Shown: one piece after another, positions 1 through 13,790 of the stretch
How the letters are laid out: every line of letters begins with the position of its first letter
How positions within the stretch are numbered: the stretch's first letter is position 1
NCBI GenBank assembly: GCA_003971905.1
Contig: RSEE01000010.1
Coordinates: 744,001 to 808,000, forward strand
Length of the DNA: 64,000 bases
From: Moniliella sp. 'wahieum'
Taxonomy: Eukaryota
Direction of reading: 5' to 3'
Program-made: the position numbers and the translations under genes
Notes under the pieces: model-generated
Databases searched by the model: none
What the model was told of the DNA's origin: nothing
Seen by the model: only the letters and a program-made list of their open reading frames with translations

Positions 1-388
1 ACCACGCCCACACCGCTTGGCCGGCTGCCCGTGGTTGGCGCCCAGGCACAGGGGGAGAGAAAGAGATAGGCACAGTGGCTGCTGCTGGCCAGTGTACTGC
101 GAGCAGCGGGCCAGTGCCACGTGGTCTGGCAGCCTGCCAACCCTAGCATACTGGCTCCACTGCAGACTGCAGCCTACTGCAGCCCTGTTGGCTGGCAAGC
201 GGACCGGGCTCTGACGATAGCAGCCCGGACAGTTGAGTTTGTGCGACCACCTGCCCACCAGCGCGCCTTGTCTCTGCTCCGGCCCTCCGCCTGTTCTGTT
301 CTGCTCCACTCAGCCGCCTTCCCTTCTCGTCGCTTCTGCCAACCCCGCCCCCCGTTGCCCGTGTCTTCTCTCACTTCCCCCCTTCATC

Positions 389-1330
389 ATGGGTCTCTCC
401 GTCTCCAAGCTTCTCAGCGGCCTTTTTGGCAAGAAGGAAATGCGTACGTTGCCTTCCATCCCCAACTCGTTTCTCCCATCCCTTTCATCGTTGCTCCCGT
501 TTTCTCGCGAGATGCGCAGCCCAGAAACCTTCGCTCCCGGCTGTCTCCCCTCCTGCGCTCTCGTGCGGCTCTGCGACCACGTCGCGCCTGCACTGTGGCT
601 GATCACCTCAACTTGGGCATCGTGTCCTCATTCCTGAGGGAGACATTGGCATGCTGTTGCTACATTTGCTTAGCGAAAGAAATGAGGGATGGTGCATTTA
701 ACGTGACACGGCAGGTGCTACTCGCCACGCCACGTTATGCACAACGTGTCTGGAGTGGGGCCGCGGAGAGTGGGAGGGGTTAACATGTCAAGGAAGCCCA
801 CATGCCATGGACTTGGTACTTACTGCGATTCATTCTCATCCAGGTATCCTCATGGTCGGTCTCGACGCTGCGGTAAGACGACGATTTGTACAACTCAAGC
901 TGGGCGAGATTGTGACGACCATCCCGACCATTGGCTTCAACGTCGAAACGGTCGAATACAAGAACATCTCTTTCACCGTCTGGGATGTGGGTGGACAAGA
1001 CAAGATCCGTCCTCTCTGGCGCCACTACTATCAGAATACCCAGGGGATCATCTTGTCGTCGACTCGAACGACCGGCAGCGTATTTCCGAAGTACGGGAGG
1101 AGCTGCAACGTATGCTCAACGAGGATGAATTGCGTGATGCGCTCTTGCTCGTGTACGCCAACAAGCAGGATCTTCCCAATGCGATGAACGCTGCTGAGAT
1201 CACGGATAAGCTGGGTCTGCACTCGCTGCGCAACCGCCAATGGTACATCCAGGCTGCTTGCGCCACTTCCGGTGACGGTCTGTACGAGGGTCTGGAATGG
1301 CTCTCCACCAACCTCAAGCGCCGCGCGTAA
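389..1330 (+). CDS. ARF1: ADP-ribosylation factor (Arf1 small GTPase); exon 1 389-443, intron 444-843; several indel frameshifts
   Basis: [113 protein letters not shown]...CAG intron. Confidence 0.97.
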
Positions 1331-2391
1331 TTCATGTCAGTCTACCATCCAAGCCCCTGTACATTTGCATTTCCCCACGAGCTTCCGTGCTGTACTCGCA
1401 CGAGCGGGCAGATTGCTTTTGTTTCAGCTTGGTCGCCAACCAAGAGCTCGTGGATTTGTCGAAAAGGGTGGAGGGGTTGATGCGCGAGACGCAGGTCGAG
1501 CCGTATTGTGTGAACAGGTTTTCATTGTGCTTGCTGTTTTGCTCTCGAGCGTTGAAACTATAGCTGCAATACTTGCTGGATCTCGTAGGCGACGACGGTT
1601 CCCTTCCATCTCTAAGGCTGCATCATGGAGGGTGCGTGCGCGGACTGCGACTCGCCGTCGCGGCAGAAGTTTTGTATTCTAAAAAAGTAGTCCCCTCCCC
1701 GATAGGTCTGATGGGATCTGGGGAAGGTGGCTGGGCGCTGGCTGCTCTGCCAAGTAGAATAAGGTTGCTAGGGGCCTAGCGCCTGTTCACCAGTGGTGAT
1801 CGAACGAGCCGAATCACATTCATCACAGTGCCTATACCGAGCTACGGCTGGCGAGGGACGCGTGGACCACGGAGTATCAGACTGCGTGTACTGATGATCT
1901 GCGCGCCTGGCCGGCTCAACCAGCGCAGACTGCGCTGCCGGGGGGCCGGAGAACTGGCGCAAGCGCACTAGGGTTGGTGCATCATGCGTCTGGCGTCACG
2001 CGTCACTAGACACTGGCGACTGGCCACCGACCACCGGTCGCCGGCAGCTGCCTCCTGGGCGAGAGGCGAGTCATGCACGCGAGTGCTACAACCCTAACAA
2101 GCGCCGGGTCATGCGTCACGCGTCACGTCACGCTTGCCGAGTCCAGGCAGTCAGCTAGTTCTGTGGCACGTTGCATCGGAGGCCCGAGGCGGAAACCCGA
2201 GGCACGGCGCCGCTGTGCCGCCCCATCGTCTGAAAAGCTGGCCAGCGGCCCACACGCCCCAGCGAGGAGCCAGCCGGCTGCAGCGTGTAAGCACACCGCG
2301 CAACGTCATCCTCCCCACATCCACCACCGTTCCCTCAGCCTTGCTCCCCGCCTCCGCCTCCTGCTCTCCAACCGACTCCCAATCCATCAGC

Positions 2392-3153
2392 ATGTCTGTC
2401 GAGTACGCCCCCCTGCCGCAGCAACCTCATTCCTCCTGCCTCCCGCTCTAACCCCCCTCCCCCGCTCCCCTCTGGCCAGCCTCAACCCGCACGTCCAGCT
2501 CGGCTTTCCCCGCCCATTAACCGAGCTGGTCACCCGCCCGCTCACAATCAGCAACCCCAACAAGCACCCCGTCGCCTTCAAGATCAAGACCACGGCCCCC
2601 AAGCAATACTGTGTCAAGCCCAACGCTGGCTTATCCCCGCTGGCCAGCGGACCGAGGTGCAGATCATGCTCCAGCCCATGCATGAGGAGCCCCCGCTGAC
2701 GGCAAGTGCCGGGACAAGTTCTTGTCCAGAGCGCCATCGTGCCTTCTCATCTCGTTTCGGCAAGTACAACCGAATTTTGGGCGAACTGACCAAGACGGAC
2801 AAGGATGCGATCAACGAACAGAAGCTGCGTGTCGCTTACTTGCCGCCCAAGTCCGCCGCCGTGCCGGAGGAAGACGAGGAAGGCTCAACCAAGGAGGCGT
2901 CGGCGCCCCTCACCCCGGCCCAACTGGAAGCGGAGAACGCAAAGCTGCGTGCTCAGATCCAGGGAAATGCTTCGAAGATGCCCAAGGTGGCCCTGCCCAT
3001 AGTCGCCCTGTTGCTCGCCGTTGTTGCGGCCGCTGCGGCGGCAGGGACATGGTACGTGATCACAAACGACCTGATCAAGCTGTGGGGACCATATCTACCT
3101 GCCGACTGGGTCTTGTTCTACTCCGATTGTGCAGCGCGTTGGCTTTGCCATAG
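2392..3153 (+). CDS. SCS2: VAP/Scs2-family ER membrane protein (MSP domain, coiled coil, C-terminal TM); intron 2403-2479; 3' end approximate
   Basis: Spliced MSVDLNPHVQLGFPRPLT...LTISNPNKHPVAFKIKTTAPKQYCVKPNAG (MSP signature), EQKLRVAYL, hydrophobic tail VALPIVALLLAVVA. Confidence 0.9.
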
Positions 3154-6100
3154 GCATGAATATCCCTCCTTGTTGCAGAGGTGGTCCTCTTGCTTTCCCC
3201 CCCAATTCTTGCCGTCTCCCCCTTATTTTGAAGTTCTTGAGAGGAAGCGATGCCCCGGCCCCCTCTTCCGTCTGTCTTCTCGCCCTCTCGTTTCTGCTCT
3301 CCTCATTCGCTAGGCTGTCTCAGCGAGTCTTTTGTCCCACCTATCTTGACCTCCTGTCTACCTCCGTTTGGTACCCCCTGTTCCCCCGGCGTGAGTGCAT
3401 TTCCATTTAGTCCAACCCAACCCTGTCTGCCGTATCTCTCCGTCTGCCTTGTCTTATCACTTCCAACAGCCACGCTCGCCTCTCCCCTTACACCACCGAC
3501 ACGCTTTTGCTGGGGTCCGGCAAACTTATTTTCTTCTTGTCTTTCCTTAGTAACGGACTCCATTTCGGTTTAAGTTCATTTACTAGTGTTGGCCCTTGCC
3601 TGTCCCAACACCCGGAAAGGCGAGAAAAGAAAGGATGAGGAGGGAAAGGGTGGGGGTCATGATGAAACATCGGGCGAATGCAGGGGAAGCAGCGAAGGCG
3701 ACAAGGGCGTCTCAGTACCATTATGCCATAGGCGGAGGGTGGGAAATCGAACCAAGCAACCGGAACATGCTGCGAAGCATATTACGAGCCCCTAACTTGG
3801 CCGTCACATAGCCCAGACCCAAAACGAAAAACAAAGCACCCGAAACGCACTGGGAGACGACCTGGTTGACAAAAACCTTGGATATCAGCGCGCCCCTGCA
3901 CGCCGAGGAACAATTGAGTCAGCGGTAACTCCCATCTCAAAGGAGCAGCGAGCACGTACCATTCAATCTTGACATTCTTGGCCAGCCACCACTGAGAGCC
4001 AGGAGCAGGGATCTGGCCTTCGGATGAGGGTGCTTTTCGTCGGCTTGAGAGTCGCCATCGGGATAGACCTTGATGCAGGACCGAATGGAGGAAAGAAATG
4101 ACTGCTCGTACCTCAGATCTGGAATGGGGAGGTTGGGCGTGTGCAGGGTGGGATGGCGGCGCTGCTTGAGCTTGCGGGAGGGCTGCTGCCGTGCTTGCTG
4201 GTGCTCGGCCAGGAGCTAGATGAGGCACGTCGGCTGCACTGGGCTCAAGGAGGGGCGAAGTGGCGCAGTAACGGGCGCATCGGAAGGCGAGAATGAACTG
4301 ACTAGGTCCGATGACGAGACGAACGGGGGGAAGCTGGATGGGGGCACAGCCTCGATGGGAAGACGGCAAGAGCAATCGAGGAGCGCTGCGGACGAAGCCA
4401 GCAGTTGATTCGCTCCAACCGCCCCTCCAGCACCGTCGCCACATCTGCTGAAGTGCAGCAGAACATTGAACATTGAACGTTTCTGTCCAAGCAGGGCCAT
4501 CACATGGGTACGTAATCGTTGGGTATTACCGTGCCACATCTTGGACTGAAAGTGTTGGGGCAAGGGTAACGCGTAACCGTACTCAATCAACCATGTTGTC
4601 CACAATCGCCCTGCTGCGGTGTCGCCCGTCGTCGTAGGGCCAAAAGAGTACTCGTTATTGTAAAGGGTATTGATGGTCGGCCTGACCAAAGAACATCATG
4701 AATCAACAGTATCGAGCGCGCCGAGCAAGGCCGAGTATGGAGCATGGAACACCGATCAAGTAAGCGCACACGTTTACTCACGGTGTTCTTCGATCTTTGT
4801 GACACATAGAAGCGTAAACACTTTTTCCTTCAGCAAATACGGGACAAGAAAAAATAGGTTCTCACAGGGGGCGGGGCTGAGGCTGAGGCGCTGAGGCGCG
4901 GAGAGGAAGCTGCCAGGGGTTGCCCAGGGGTTATCGTTACCCAGGGGCCTGCAAAAAAGCTTTTAGATCCGCTCCGAAGGGTCATCGATCATCCTGCCTA
5001 GTCTCTTTTGAAAATCGAGAGCCCAAGGCGCATATAATATCGATCGGCTCCCGGGGGGATCACCGGGATCACCGAAATCGCCTCGAAAGAAACGATGAAT
5101 AAGGATTGTGTGTCAAGAAAAGTAACGCTAAAGCTGAGAAACCCCTCTAAAGACTCGCGATCGAAAGAGATTCAAGCTTCTTCTGCACTCATACCATGAC
5201 AGAGCTTAAATTTAAGGCTGGGACAGGGAAGCGCTACGCCCAAACCGACCCGCTCATCTTGTGCTGCTTAAAAGCCTAGTATCTATACACTCTTACTTAC
5301 TGTTGACCACCAGTGGTCTCAAGCTTCGGCCTTCAGTGACACCTGGCCCGATGTACACAACAGTGCCCCGAGGCAGTGCGTCCCGGACCTTCCACGAGCT
5401 TCACCGGCCTCCGAGCCCGAAGCCTATCATATCACGACCCATAGGTCTATCGCTCCTTAGCTCTCTGGGCTACCATTTCCATTCCCCATATCGTCAGCAT
5501 CGTTAGCTAGACCCGCGACACTTCAGTACCTCTAAAAGGCTATATTTACTTGTTACTCGCGCGATTTTGGTCCAGTAAAGACCCAGCTCTTAAGGATATC
5601 TATCGTTTATGTCGCCAAAATGGGTGACTGCAAGCTGGTAAACTTCAGCGTTCAGTTGAACGTTTTGATGTTGAACGTTGAACTAGTCCAACGACATGGG
5701 AGCAGGGGATACAAAAAGCTGATGGTACCGTGATCGTGATCCCTTGGGCCTGTCTGATGGAGATCAGGGTGGCCCCTCGGGCTCAGGCCGTTTCAGAAAC
5801 GAAGATGCTGTGGGCCTCAATGGCCTCAATGATGCAGATATGGATGATGTCGATGATGCATGCATGGTGTGAGCTAGGAAAAAGTTCGACATGTCGATTG
5901 GCACGGCCAAGCGAAAATGAGGCCAATGATCTAATCGATTAATGAGTTAATGAGGCCGAATAGGGCGAGATGGCACCTGTGACATCGTGTGACGCCGACG
6001 GCGCAATTAAGAGCTGGCAGCTTCAGATGGCTTGAGGCAGCACGGAATTTCGGGTGCTCACTGTGAAAGACCGCTGCACCAAAAGACGCTCATCGGTATC

Positions 6101-8091
6101 GATCATCGATCATCGATCTCACCACCAGCAACAGGCGGAGGTAAGCCGATGCGGATCGGGTCGAGTGGATACATCGCGTACCACATCGGGTGACCATGTC
6201 CATCTTCGTAACCCCGATCGTCCGGCACTGCCCGCCAGCGGGACGGTGGTTGCAGGCGGATCTGACAACCAGCTGGTCGGTTCGGCGATGTGGCAGGGGT
6301 TTCGACACGGGCGTGCCTCGGCATCTTAATTAAACTGGGCTGTTCCGCGCCAACAGCAGGTGTATCAAATTTTGCCCCCCCATCTCCTCCCGGCCTCTTC
6401 CGTTGCGAGGGGTGGGCGCAGATGCGCCAGATGCCCCTGATAAGCTACCGCGTCCTCCGACCCTGTCGCCACCACCTGGTTCCCTTGGCCGTCTGCGTAC
6501 CCCCATCCGTTGCTATGCCCTTGCGTCCCGTCTTGCCCGCCGCCACTCTGCTCAAGGGCGTGCCCCCCTTCTGCGCCGCACCCGCTCCAGGAAAAAACTC
6601 GCGCCTTCTCTCTCTGACACTCGCACCCCCCCGACGGCTCTCCCGTCGCATCATCGCCCCAGGTGGGCGGCGAAAAGTGCCCCGCGCCCGTCTCTACGCA
6701 ACACCTACTCCCCTCCCCGTGTTGAGGCCCCAGAAGGGGAAACACCGTCTCCAGCGCCTCTTCCAGCCGATCTCGCCCTATCTTCTCGCACGCGGCGCGG
6801 CTCCTTCCCTACCAGGCCCACCACCGTCTTCTTCGGGCGTGGGTTGGTATGGGGCTGCAACTCAACGCCCTCGGCAGGTAAACATGCCCAGCTCTGATTT
6901 CCCGACCTGCCCAAGAGTTGATGCGCCCTTTTGGCGCGGCCGCAGCCTCAGCCTCCCCGTCGACCTACACTCCACCGCCTTCGCGCTCTCCAGCCTTCCC
7001 TCTACACCCAAAGATGGTGCGGCTGTTCCTCCTGCGCCATTTCAACCGTTCGAAGTGCCGGTGCCGTCTTCCTCCCGGAGAAGACATGTATCGTGTTCTC
7101 CAGCGAATCGAGACTATCACTCGTCCGGTGGAACTCACAATCCAACGCTCCTCTTCCGCTCTTCCGCACGCTCCAAGTGACTTTTTAAGGTACCCTCCCG
7201 TCTCTGGGACAGCAGCAACCAGTGGCTACATGTGCTTGCTTCTTTTGGGCCATGTGCCGCCCCAGAATGGGTGGGATGCGGCTTGGCTAGGGATGGTGCA
7301 CAGTCGCCTGCGCTGGTTACTCTGCCTCTCTCCTTCTAATTCTGGCGCAACACCCGAGAGCGCCAGCGATGCACAATCCACGCAACGGGACATGAGCGAC
7401 CTTTTCAGATGCTGCGTGTCCTCGTGGGGTTGCATCCAACGTGTGTCCGACGTCATGGTCCGCAGTGGCGTCTGGCGAAACGATTCTTCACCGCCCTCGC
7501 ATCGAATGCGGAAATTCCAAGCGAGCAGCAGTCTTCCCAAGCGACGGAAACTGAGCTCAGCTCAGGCACCTCCTACGTTGTCCAACTTGCTCTTTCCGTC
7601 GGCTTCATCGACCTAACGGAAGGCAAGCGACTCCCCCCTATTCACTCCCCTCTCGGCGTGACCACCTAGCTTCTGATGGACATTTCATCGCCCTTTTCCC
7701 CTGTGGGAACGAAAGCTGCTGGCCCATCAGGAAGACCGGAATGTGCAGCCATTGCACTTATCTCTGTCATCTGGCCTTTTCTCCTCCCAATGCGTGGAGG
7801 GGGACATCAAAGGCGTTACGACCTTCACTGTAGCTTCACTTCTCTTGCATCATGCGATGATCATACCACCCTGTTTCCCCACTCTTCATTCTCGATCATC
7901 ATTCCTCATGTTTTGTACGAGACAACCCCCCTGCGCGTGCTGTAGCTTTGGTGAGCGGCTTGATGATGCATTCGATAGTCTTTTAGACGACCCCATATCA
8001 TACGGCAACATGGAACGGTGCAGATCCCATTGTAGATCGTGTGCAAGCCGAAGGCCCGAAATTGGGGAGGAAACTGATCGTTGAACAACAT

Positions 8092-8122
8092 TGAAGCTTG
8101 AAGCTTGAAGCTTGAAGCTTGA
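8092..8122. repeat. (TGAAGCT)x4 heptamer array, cleanest example of the intergenic TNA+4-mer heptamer family
   Basis: tgaagct tgaagct tgaagct tgaagct tga read directly. Confidence 0.95.
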
Positions 8123-9206
8123 AAGAGACCATATCCTGTCTCCTCTCGCCCCACTACTACATCTCCATCACATGCCAGTTCCCCATAGAGCTCGACGTGT
8201 TCAAGTCTGGTACATGGGTTACATGTTACAAGTTATCAACAATCGATCGCGTCCTTTGAGAGTGTAGATGGAGCAGCTTCATCATTTGTATATCTCTGTG
8301 GGACACGACGAGAGAGTTAGCAGCACATAGTATACGTCTGAATCCCCACCACAGATGTTACTAGTAATTAACAGCCTCAAACGCAAGACTTGATGTGCGT
8401 ACTCCCGTGGGAAGCAGTAGCATATGCGATTACTATCAGGAACACGGTGTTCTACTTCCTTTTCACCGTTCTGGCCATCTTCTTTCCCCCCTTATGTCGG
8501 AGGTCCGAGCGCTGATGGTGAGTTAAAGCACAACAATCATTGGTCACCGCAAAACATTTCTTCTGATGTCGGACACAGGGCATTTCGATCCATTATCAAT
8601 CCCTCTTTCCTAGTTGGCGTTCCTATACGCTCTATCGCCCCCCAACAAAGTATTTCTTCACATCCCATATCCCTACTACATCTCCATGTCGGGAACCCGG
8701 GATTGGATCCGTGAGGAAGCCAATCCACTTTTTATCCATCGGCCTCAAGCTTCAAAGGAGAATCGCAGGTAACTCCACGGGCGGGTGTGAAAAATTGAAA
8801 CATGGGTCATGCGGGATTGGAAAATGGGTAGATGGGCTGGATAAGCGGAGTGGGGCTGAAGAGGCCGGTGGCAGAAACCCGACGCTTGTGGCGACAGGCA
8901 TTTGGGGCTGCAACCCACGCCTCACCGTCTGGCCTCTTACTCCATAACCGCCCTTCGCTTCGGCCATGCCCCTGCGCATGGGACGAATGACAGTTATCCG
9001 TCACCTGGCTCGTTCGCCGGCAAAAGAAGCTTCGCATCATATCAAAGCGCCGCCCATGGCCCCATCTCAGATCTCACGTCTCGAGAGGTTCCGGCTGATG
9101 GGTCCGGGATGCGCACCACCCTGTGGCCTGGCTACTGATGACTGACGACTGCCACCAAACCTATACTCATCCTCATCGCGCAATGCATGTCCATTTGGTT
9201 CTCGCA

Positions 9207-10900
9207 TCAATCACTGTCACTGTCCGAAGAGTCGTCGCTCTTGCCCCCTCCTCCGACAGCAGCCACGGCAGGTGCTTTCTTCTTGGCGCGCTTGTCCCAC
9301 AGGTGCATGGCACCGTTCGTTGCAATCCTCTGGGCCACGTCTTTGCTCAGCGCGTTGGCGCTCAGTTTGGGGGACTTCCAGCTGATCCTCAAGTCCATGT
9401 GCGGCTTGTGGTGTGGTGGACTTCGCATAGCGTATTCGTTCAATACCAGCCGCTTCCCGTTCTTGGCTTTAAAATGAGACGCCGCCGGGATGAAGTACTC
9501 AATCGCCTCGTTCTCCCCCGAGATCGGGTCCTTCTCGTAGTTGTGCACCAGTACTTTCTGGCCGTCCTGCTCTATCATGCACTTCTTGGTGCAGGCGTGC
9601 TGGAGAGGCGCCTCGCTGCCAACATCCTGTGGTGAATGTCCCAGTGTCAGTACTTGATGAGCAATCGTCACGCAGCCGGAGGATTCAGCACTCATCGGTG
9701 CTCACCGTCAATAGGGCAAACTCTTCAGGAGCATCACCATCATCGAGTTCGCGGACAATGCGGCAGCCTGAGCGATGCGTGCTACAAGTGATGATGTACG
9801 GCCTGTACCCGACCCAGGCAGCCTTCTCATCCAACGGATCGCGCCCAATCCGGAGGATTTTGCCAATAACAAAGTCGGCGGACGCGCTGTACTCGGCCGA
9901 CTTCTGGCCGATCGTCACGTTCATCCCCACACGGATCATCTCCCCTGTAGCGATAACAGCCGCCTTGCCCACCAGGTACTGCGCCCGCACCTTGACACGG
10001 TCCGCCAACTGGAAACGACCCAGCTCCTCGTCGGTGAGGTTGTTGCAACCCACCGAGGATTGGTTCTTGGCTGGGGCCGCACCACTCGTGGAATCGCCAT
10101 GCCATCAGAGTTGTAGTCGGGCTCTTCCTTCCCTTGCTCCAGCACCCCGGGAGGAGCCCCAGGCCGATCCACCACCGAGCCGTCACTAGACACATCGTAC
10201 CCGGTGAAGAGTGGTGCAGAATCTTCTCTGCGACCATAACGTTGTACAAGGTGTCACGCGGGAGGTTCTGGAAGTTGCAATGGGCAACGGACGCACGGAT
10301 GTGCTTCACGCGACCCTCGAATCTGGCAGAGTCCGTGTTCTGGAGAGGGCCGAACAATTTGAGCGCATCAGACGTATGCGCCAGGAGGAGATGGAGCTTC
10401 GGTCGCGTCGCGACCATGGCGCTGTCGGGGCCGAGTCTCGAAAGGCGTTCGATCAGTCGGTATGCAGTCTGGGTCGCCCGGTACTATTCCAGCCATAACA
10501 GGCATGTCAGCGTCTAAACCCGTATATCAACCAAGGCTGTGGGACGTACCATGAACTGCGCCCTGGCCTGCCCGGCAGCCGGGTACATGTCCTGAAAGCA
10601 AACCATGCAGGTCGGCTGCCGCGACGATAGCGTCATAAAGCGGAACCGGAAACGTGAACTCCTTCTCATCGTTGGCCTCTTTTTTTCCGGTCTCGAGGAT
10701 GGGGAGTGCCGCGAATGGGAGAGCCACAAGCATAGAGCGCACATCCTTCCCAACCCCAGTCTTTAGGTTAGCCAACAAACCCCTAGCTCGGATATTGGTG
10801 CCCTCTGCGCCAGGGATGCCCTCCGTGTTGAGATCGCTGATGATATCAGTCTCTTGGTTGCGGATTTGCTCGACACGCTCATTCGGGCGCCGAGCGGGTT
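9207..10900 (-). mobile_element. C-terminal half of a CMC/Plavaka-like fungal DNA transposase; intron 10484-10549; N-terminal half not recognisable
   Basis: Ordered motifs SDLNTEGIPG..IRARGLLANLKTGVGKDVRSMLVALPF, RPKLHLLLAHTSDALKLFGPL..TDSARFEG..IRASVAHCN..PRDT, LQHACTKKC..RLVLNEYAMRS resemble a widespread basidiomycete transposase family (KxHLLxH..RFGP..E.FE..SxHSN..PSRD; QHxC..C..LN); recognised by eye, no HMM run. Confidence 0.7.
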
Positions 10901-13620
10901 GTCATGCGCCCACGGGCGCAAAGGACACGCCCGTGGGCTCTTGAGGGTGGTCCATAGGAAACACTGGGCTACGTCTGGCATAAGTCGTCCTCGGCCATGG
11001 TAGTGTCTACAGGCGAGGAGGCACGGGAAGCACAGGGGAAGGCGAGCATGCGTCAGGTGGCTGGGGCATGCTCGCATCTTCGGCCACCTCGTCAATGGCG
11101 TGATTGGCCCCCATCCTCGCACCCAGCACCACGTTTTGGCTGTACCTGCGCACCTTCGTGTGCTTGAGTGCATGAAACCGGACATCGGTCGAACTGGGCA
11201 AGCAGGGAACTGGTACAGCAACCTCTCGTCCTGCTTCATCGTGAACCAGGCCGCGGGAAAAGGTACAGCAGATGCGTCTGTCCTATTGTGCACGCGTGCG
11301 GCTCGTTCCATCGGTCGGCATTTTGGTGAGCCGACGTCGAAACATGGCGGTGGCGACTTGGTAAAACTATGGGCGAGATGGGTTGTACATATGATATGGA
11401 TTGCTGGGTGCTTTTTTTGTCACAGGTCCGGCAGACGATCGCGGCCCTCTCTAACCTTAACCCTTGTCCCCTCTAACATTAAAACTTGCCCCCCTCCCAG
11501 AGACGCACGCTCTCCCGCTTCGTTGATGCTCTTCCAAGGCGTATTACATTCGTGATCCCCTATCTGAAGATGAGAGTGGAGCAGTCCAGATGGCCACCCT
11601 GATGGGTGATGCGGTAGCACTATAGTGTTGGCAGTGTGATGGTCGAATACGCCAGCCAACGACACGCCTAATGCAAGGGAGCATGAAAGAGCCACAGAGG
11701 CTATATACCTTAGGGCTGCGGAGATCATGGACAAAGCCAACACAAAAGCTAAATGGAATGGTTACAACACCGGAGCTCCTTCACCTCGATCAGGGACGAT
11801 AGCCCCTGGTCGAAACACACAGACCATACTGATGCGGTTCGTCTCACCGTATATCGCAAGCACTTTGGTGCATCTTGCGTGAACGTTGAACATAACAAGT
11901 CACAAGGCGACCACCGGGCCTACGGCCCGGGCAGCTGGGGCTTCGCCCCAGCTTGTAAAAAGTCATGTGGTGCCCATTCACTTGAAGCTTGACGTAACAC
12001 TTGATGTAACACCATAGGTCACTAGTCACTAGTAAAGCTCAAGTGAGGATAATCGTGACCTGTATAGCGATTCACCCGGTTATGGAGACCGCAATGGATG
12101 CTGAAGCGTTTGGGACAGTAGCGTAGGCGATCGATTGCGGGCGAGAGATAGGCGTTGGTGGTAGGAAGCAGGACGAGGGCTACTGGACAAGGCTACTAGT
12201 CGTTGACTTACGCGCGCATCAGCAATCTTCGGGGAGCCCTTGGAGTCTCGGGGCTAGAGAGGCCGCAAGTGCGCCGCGTTCGATGAAGCCAGTCACCGTC
12301 GAAACAGACAACTAGTACCACAGCAAGTCGCAAATAGGCAAAGTCAAAATGGCGCTCTTGATTGAGATGATTAGACCCTCGAACACTGCTGCAGGGGCCG
12401 CTAGTGTTGAGGCGTTAGACATATATACTATAGCTTACCTAGGCCCCTGGCGTGGCCCAGATTGGCCTGTGCGCACAGATTGGCTGCGCCACACGCGCGC
12501 CTCCTTTTAACCTCCTGCTCCTCTGTGGTTGCATCCTGTCTCTTCACCACCGCCCCTCTCATTGCGCCCGTAGCAACCAGTATCCCATCTCTGCAGCCAA
12601 CACATCGCAGAGTGCTCTGTGCCACGGCGCAAAAGCACCATCTTCTTCCCCTGGCCATCAATATCACCATCGTTGCTGCTTGCACCTCTCCCGCCACACT
12701 CCGTCCTCCTCGCCTCGTCAGTATCGCTGTTGGACGCCCCCTGCCTCTCGCCCCGTCCCCCTCTCACTGTCTGCATTGCTTTTGTCGTACGTGTTCTTTT
12801 GCCCGCCAGAGCTCTGTTGCTGACCCCGCCTACACAGACTCCCCCTCGCGGTCATCTTGCCCTCGTTTCACCTCTGGTCCGCAGTGTCATCGTACGTGCC
12901 CGCTTCCTCCGCATTCCCCTCACTTCTGCTGACCTTGTGGGTCGCATGCGTGACGTGCATGCACCGTTTCGCTCGCCTTCGGCCCACCCTTGTCCGTCTT
13001 CTCACTTTTTGACTCGACTGTGGTTCTCTCGCTTGGCTGGTCTGCCTTTTGCTATCGTACGTCCCCCGTACTTCGCGCTTGAAGTTATATCCTGCCCACT
13101 GACACTGTCTGCCCAGCTGCTGCATGCACGGAATCCCACGGTTGGTTCATCTCGCCTTGCTCGCCTCAACTCACCTGACCTGTTTCGCGGTCGTAAGTCC
13201 CTTGTGTTATATGCCAACGCTGTTCCTAACCTTGTTCGCCCTATCAGTGTACATTCCGACTTCATCCCGCTTGCCCTCGCTACTGGCCGTCTTCATCGCC
13301 TGACCCGTGAGTCCGTCGCACATTTTCTGTGTCTCTCGCTAACCCTATGCTGCTGCTGACTTGGCCAGCGTCTCCCTAGTGCACACTCCCCTCACACTAA
13401 CCTGCCACTTTTTGAACCGCTCGCTGCTCTACTACGTTGTGGTGCTTCCGTCTGACGTCACACCTAACAGTGGTTGCCGTGTCATCGCTTCCCAGCGATC
13501 TTCGAATGCATTCATACCTAAAAAATACCTACCCTGCCTATAAATCTAGTAGTTCTGGATCGATGCCAGCCCCATCCAACCAGCCGGTTAGAAAGCCTAC
13601 AAGCACGCATCCAATCAACA

Positions 13621-13790
13621 GCTAAGCGTTTGGGCGCATTTGGGCTAAGCGCTTGAGCGCATGTGGCCAAAGCCATTGAACGCATGTGGCCAAAGCGCTT
13701 GATCTCATGTGGTCAAAGCGCTTGATCTCATGTGGCCAAAGCGCTTGATCTCTTGGGCCAAAGCGCTTAACCTCATGTGGCCAAAGTGCC
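13621..13790. repeat. Tandem array of ~7.5 copies of a 23-bp unit (consensus CCAAAGCGCTTGATCTCATGTGG)
   Basis: Units start at 13621, 13644, 13667, 13690, 13713, 13736, 13758, 13781 (partial); head-to-tail with no spacers. Confidence 0.95.

Noticed and set aside
12430..13560. Protein-coding gene in the CT-rich stretch
   Set aside because: Translations are low-complexity in all frames with no recognisable motif; left unassigned
13621..13790. CRISPR array
   Set aside because: Repeats are directly adjacent with no unique spacers, no cas genes, eukaryotic context
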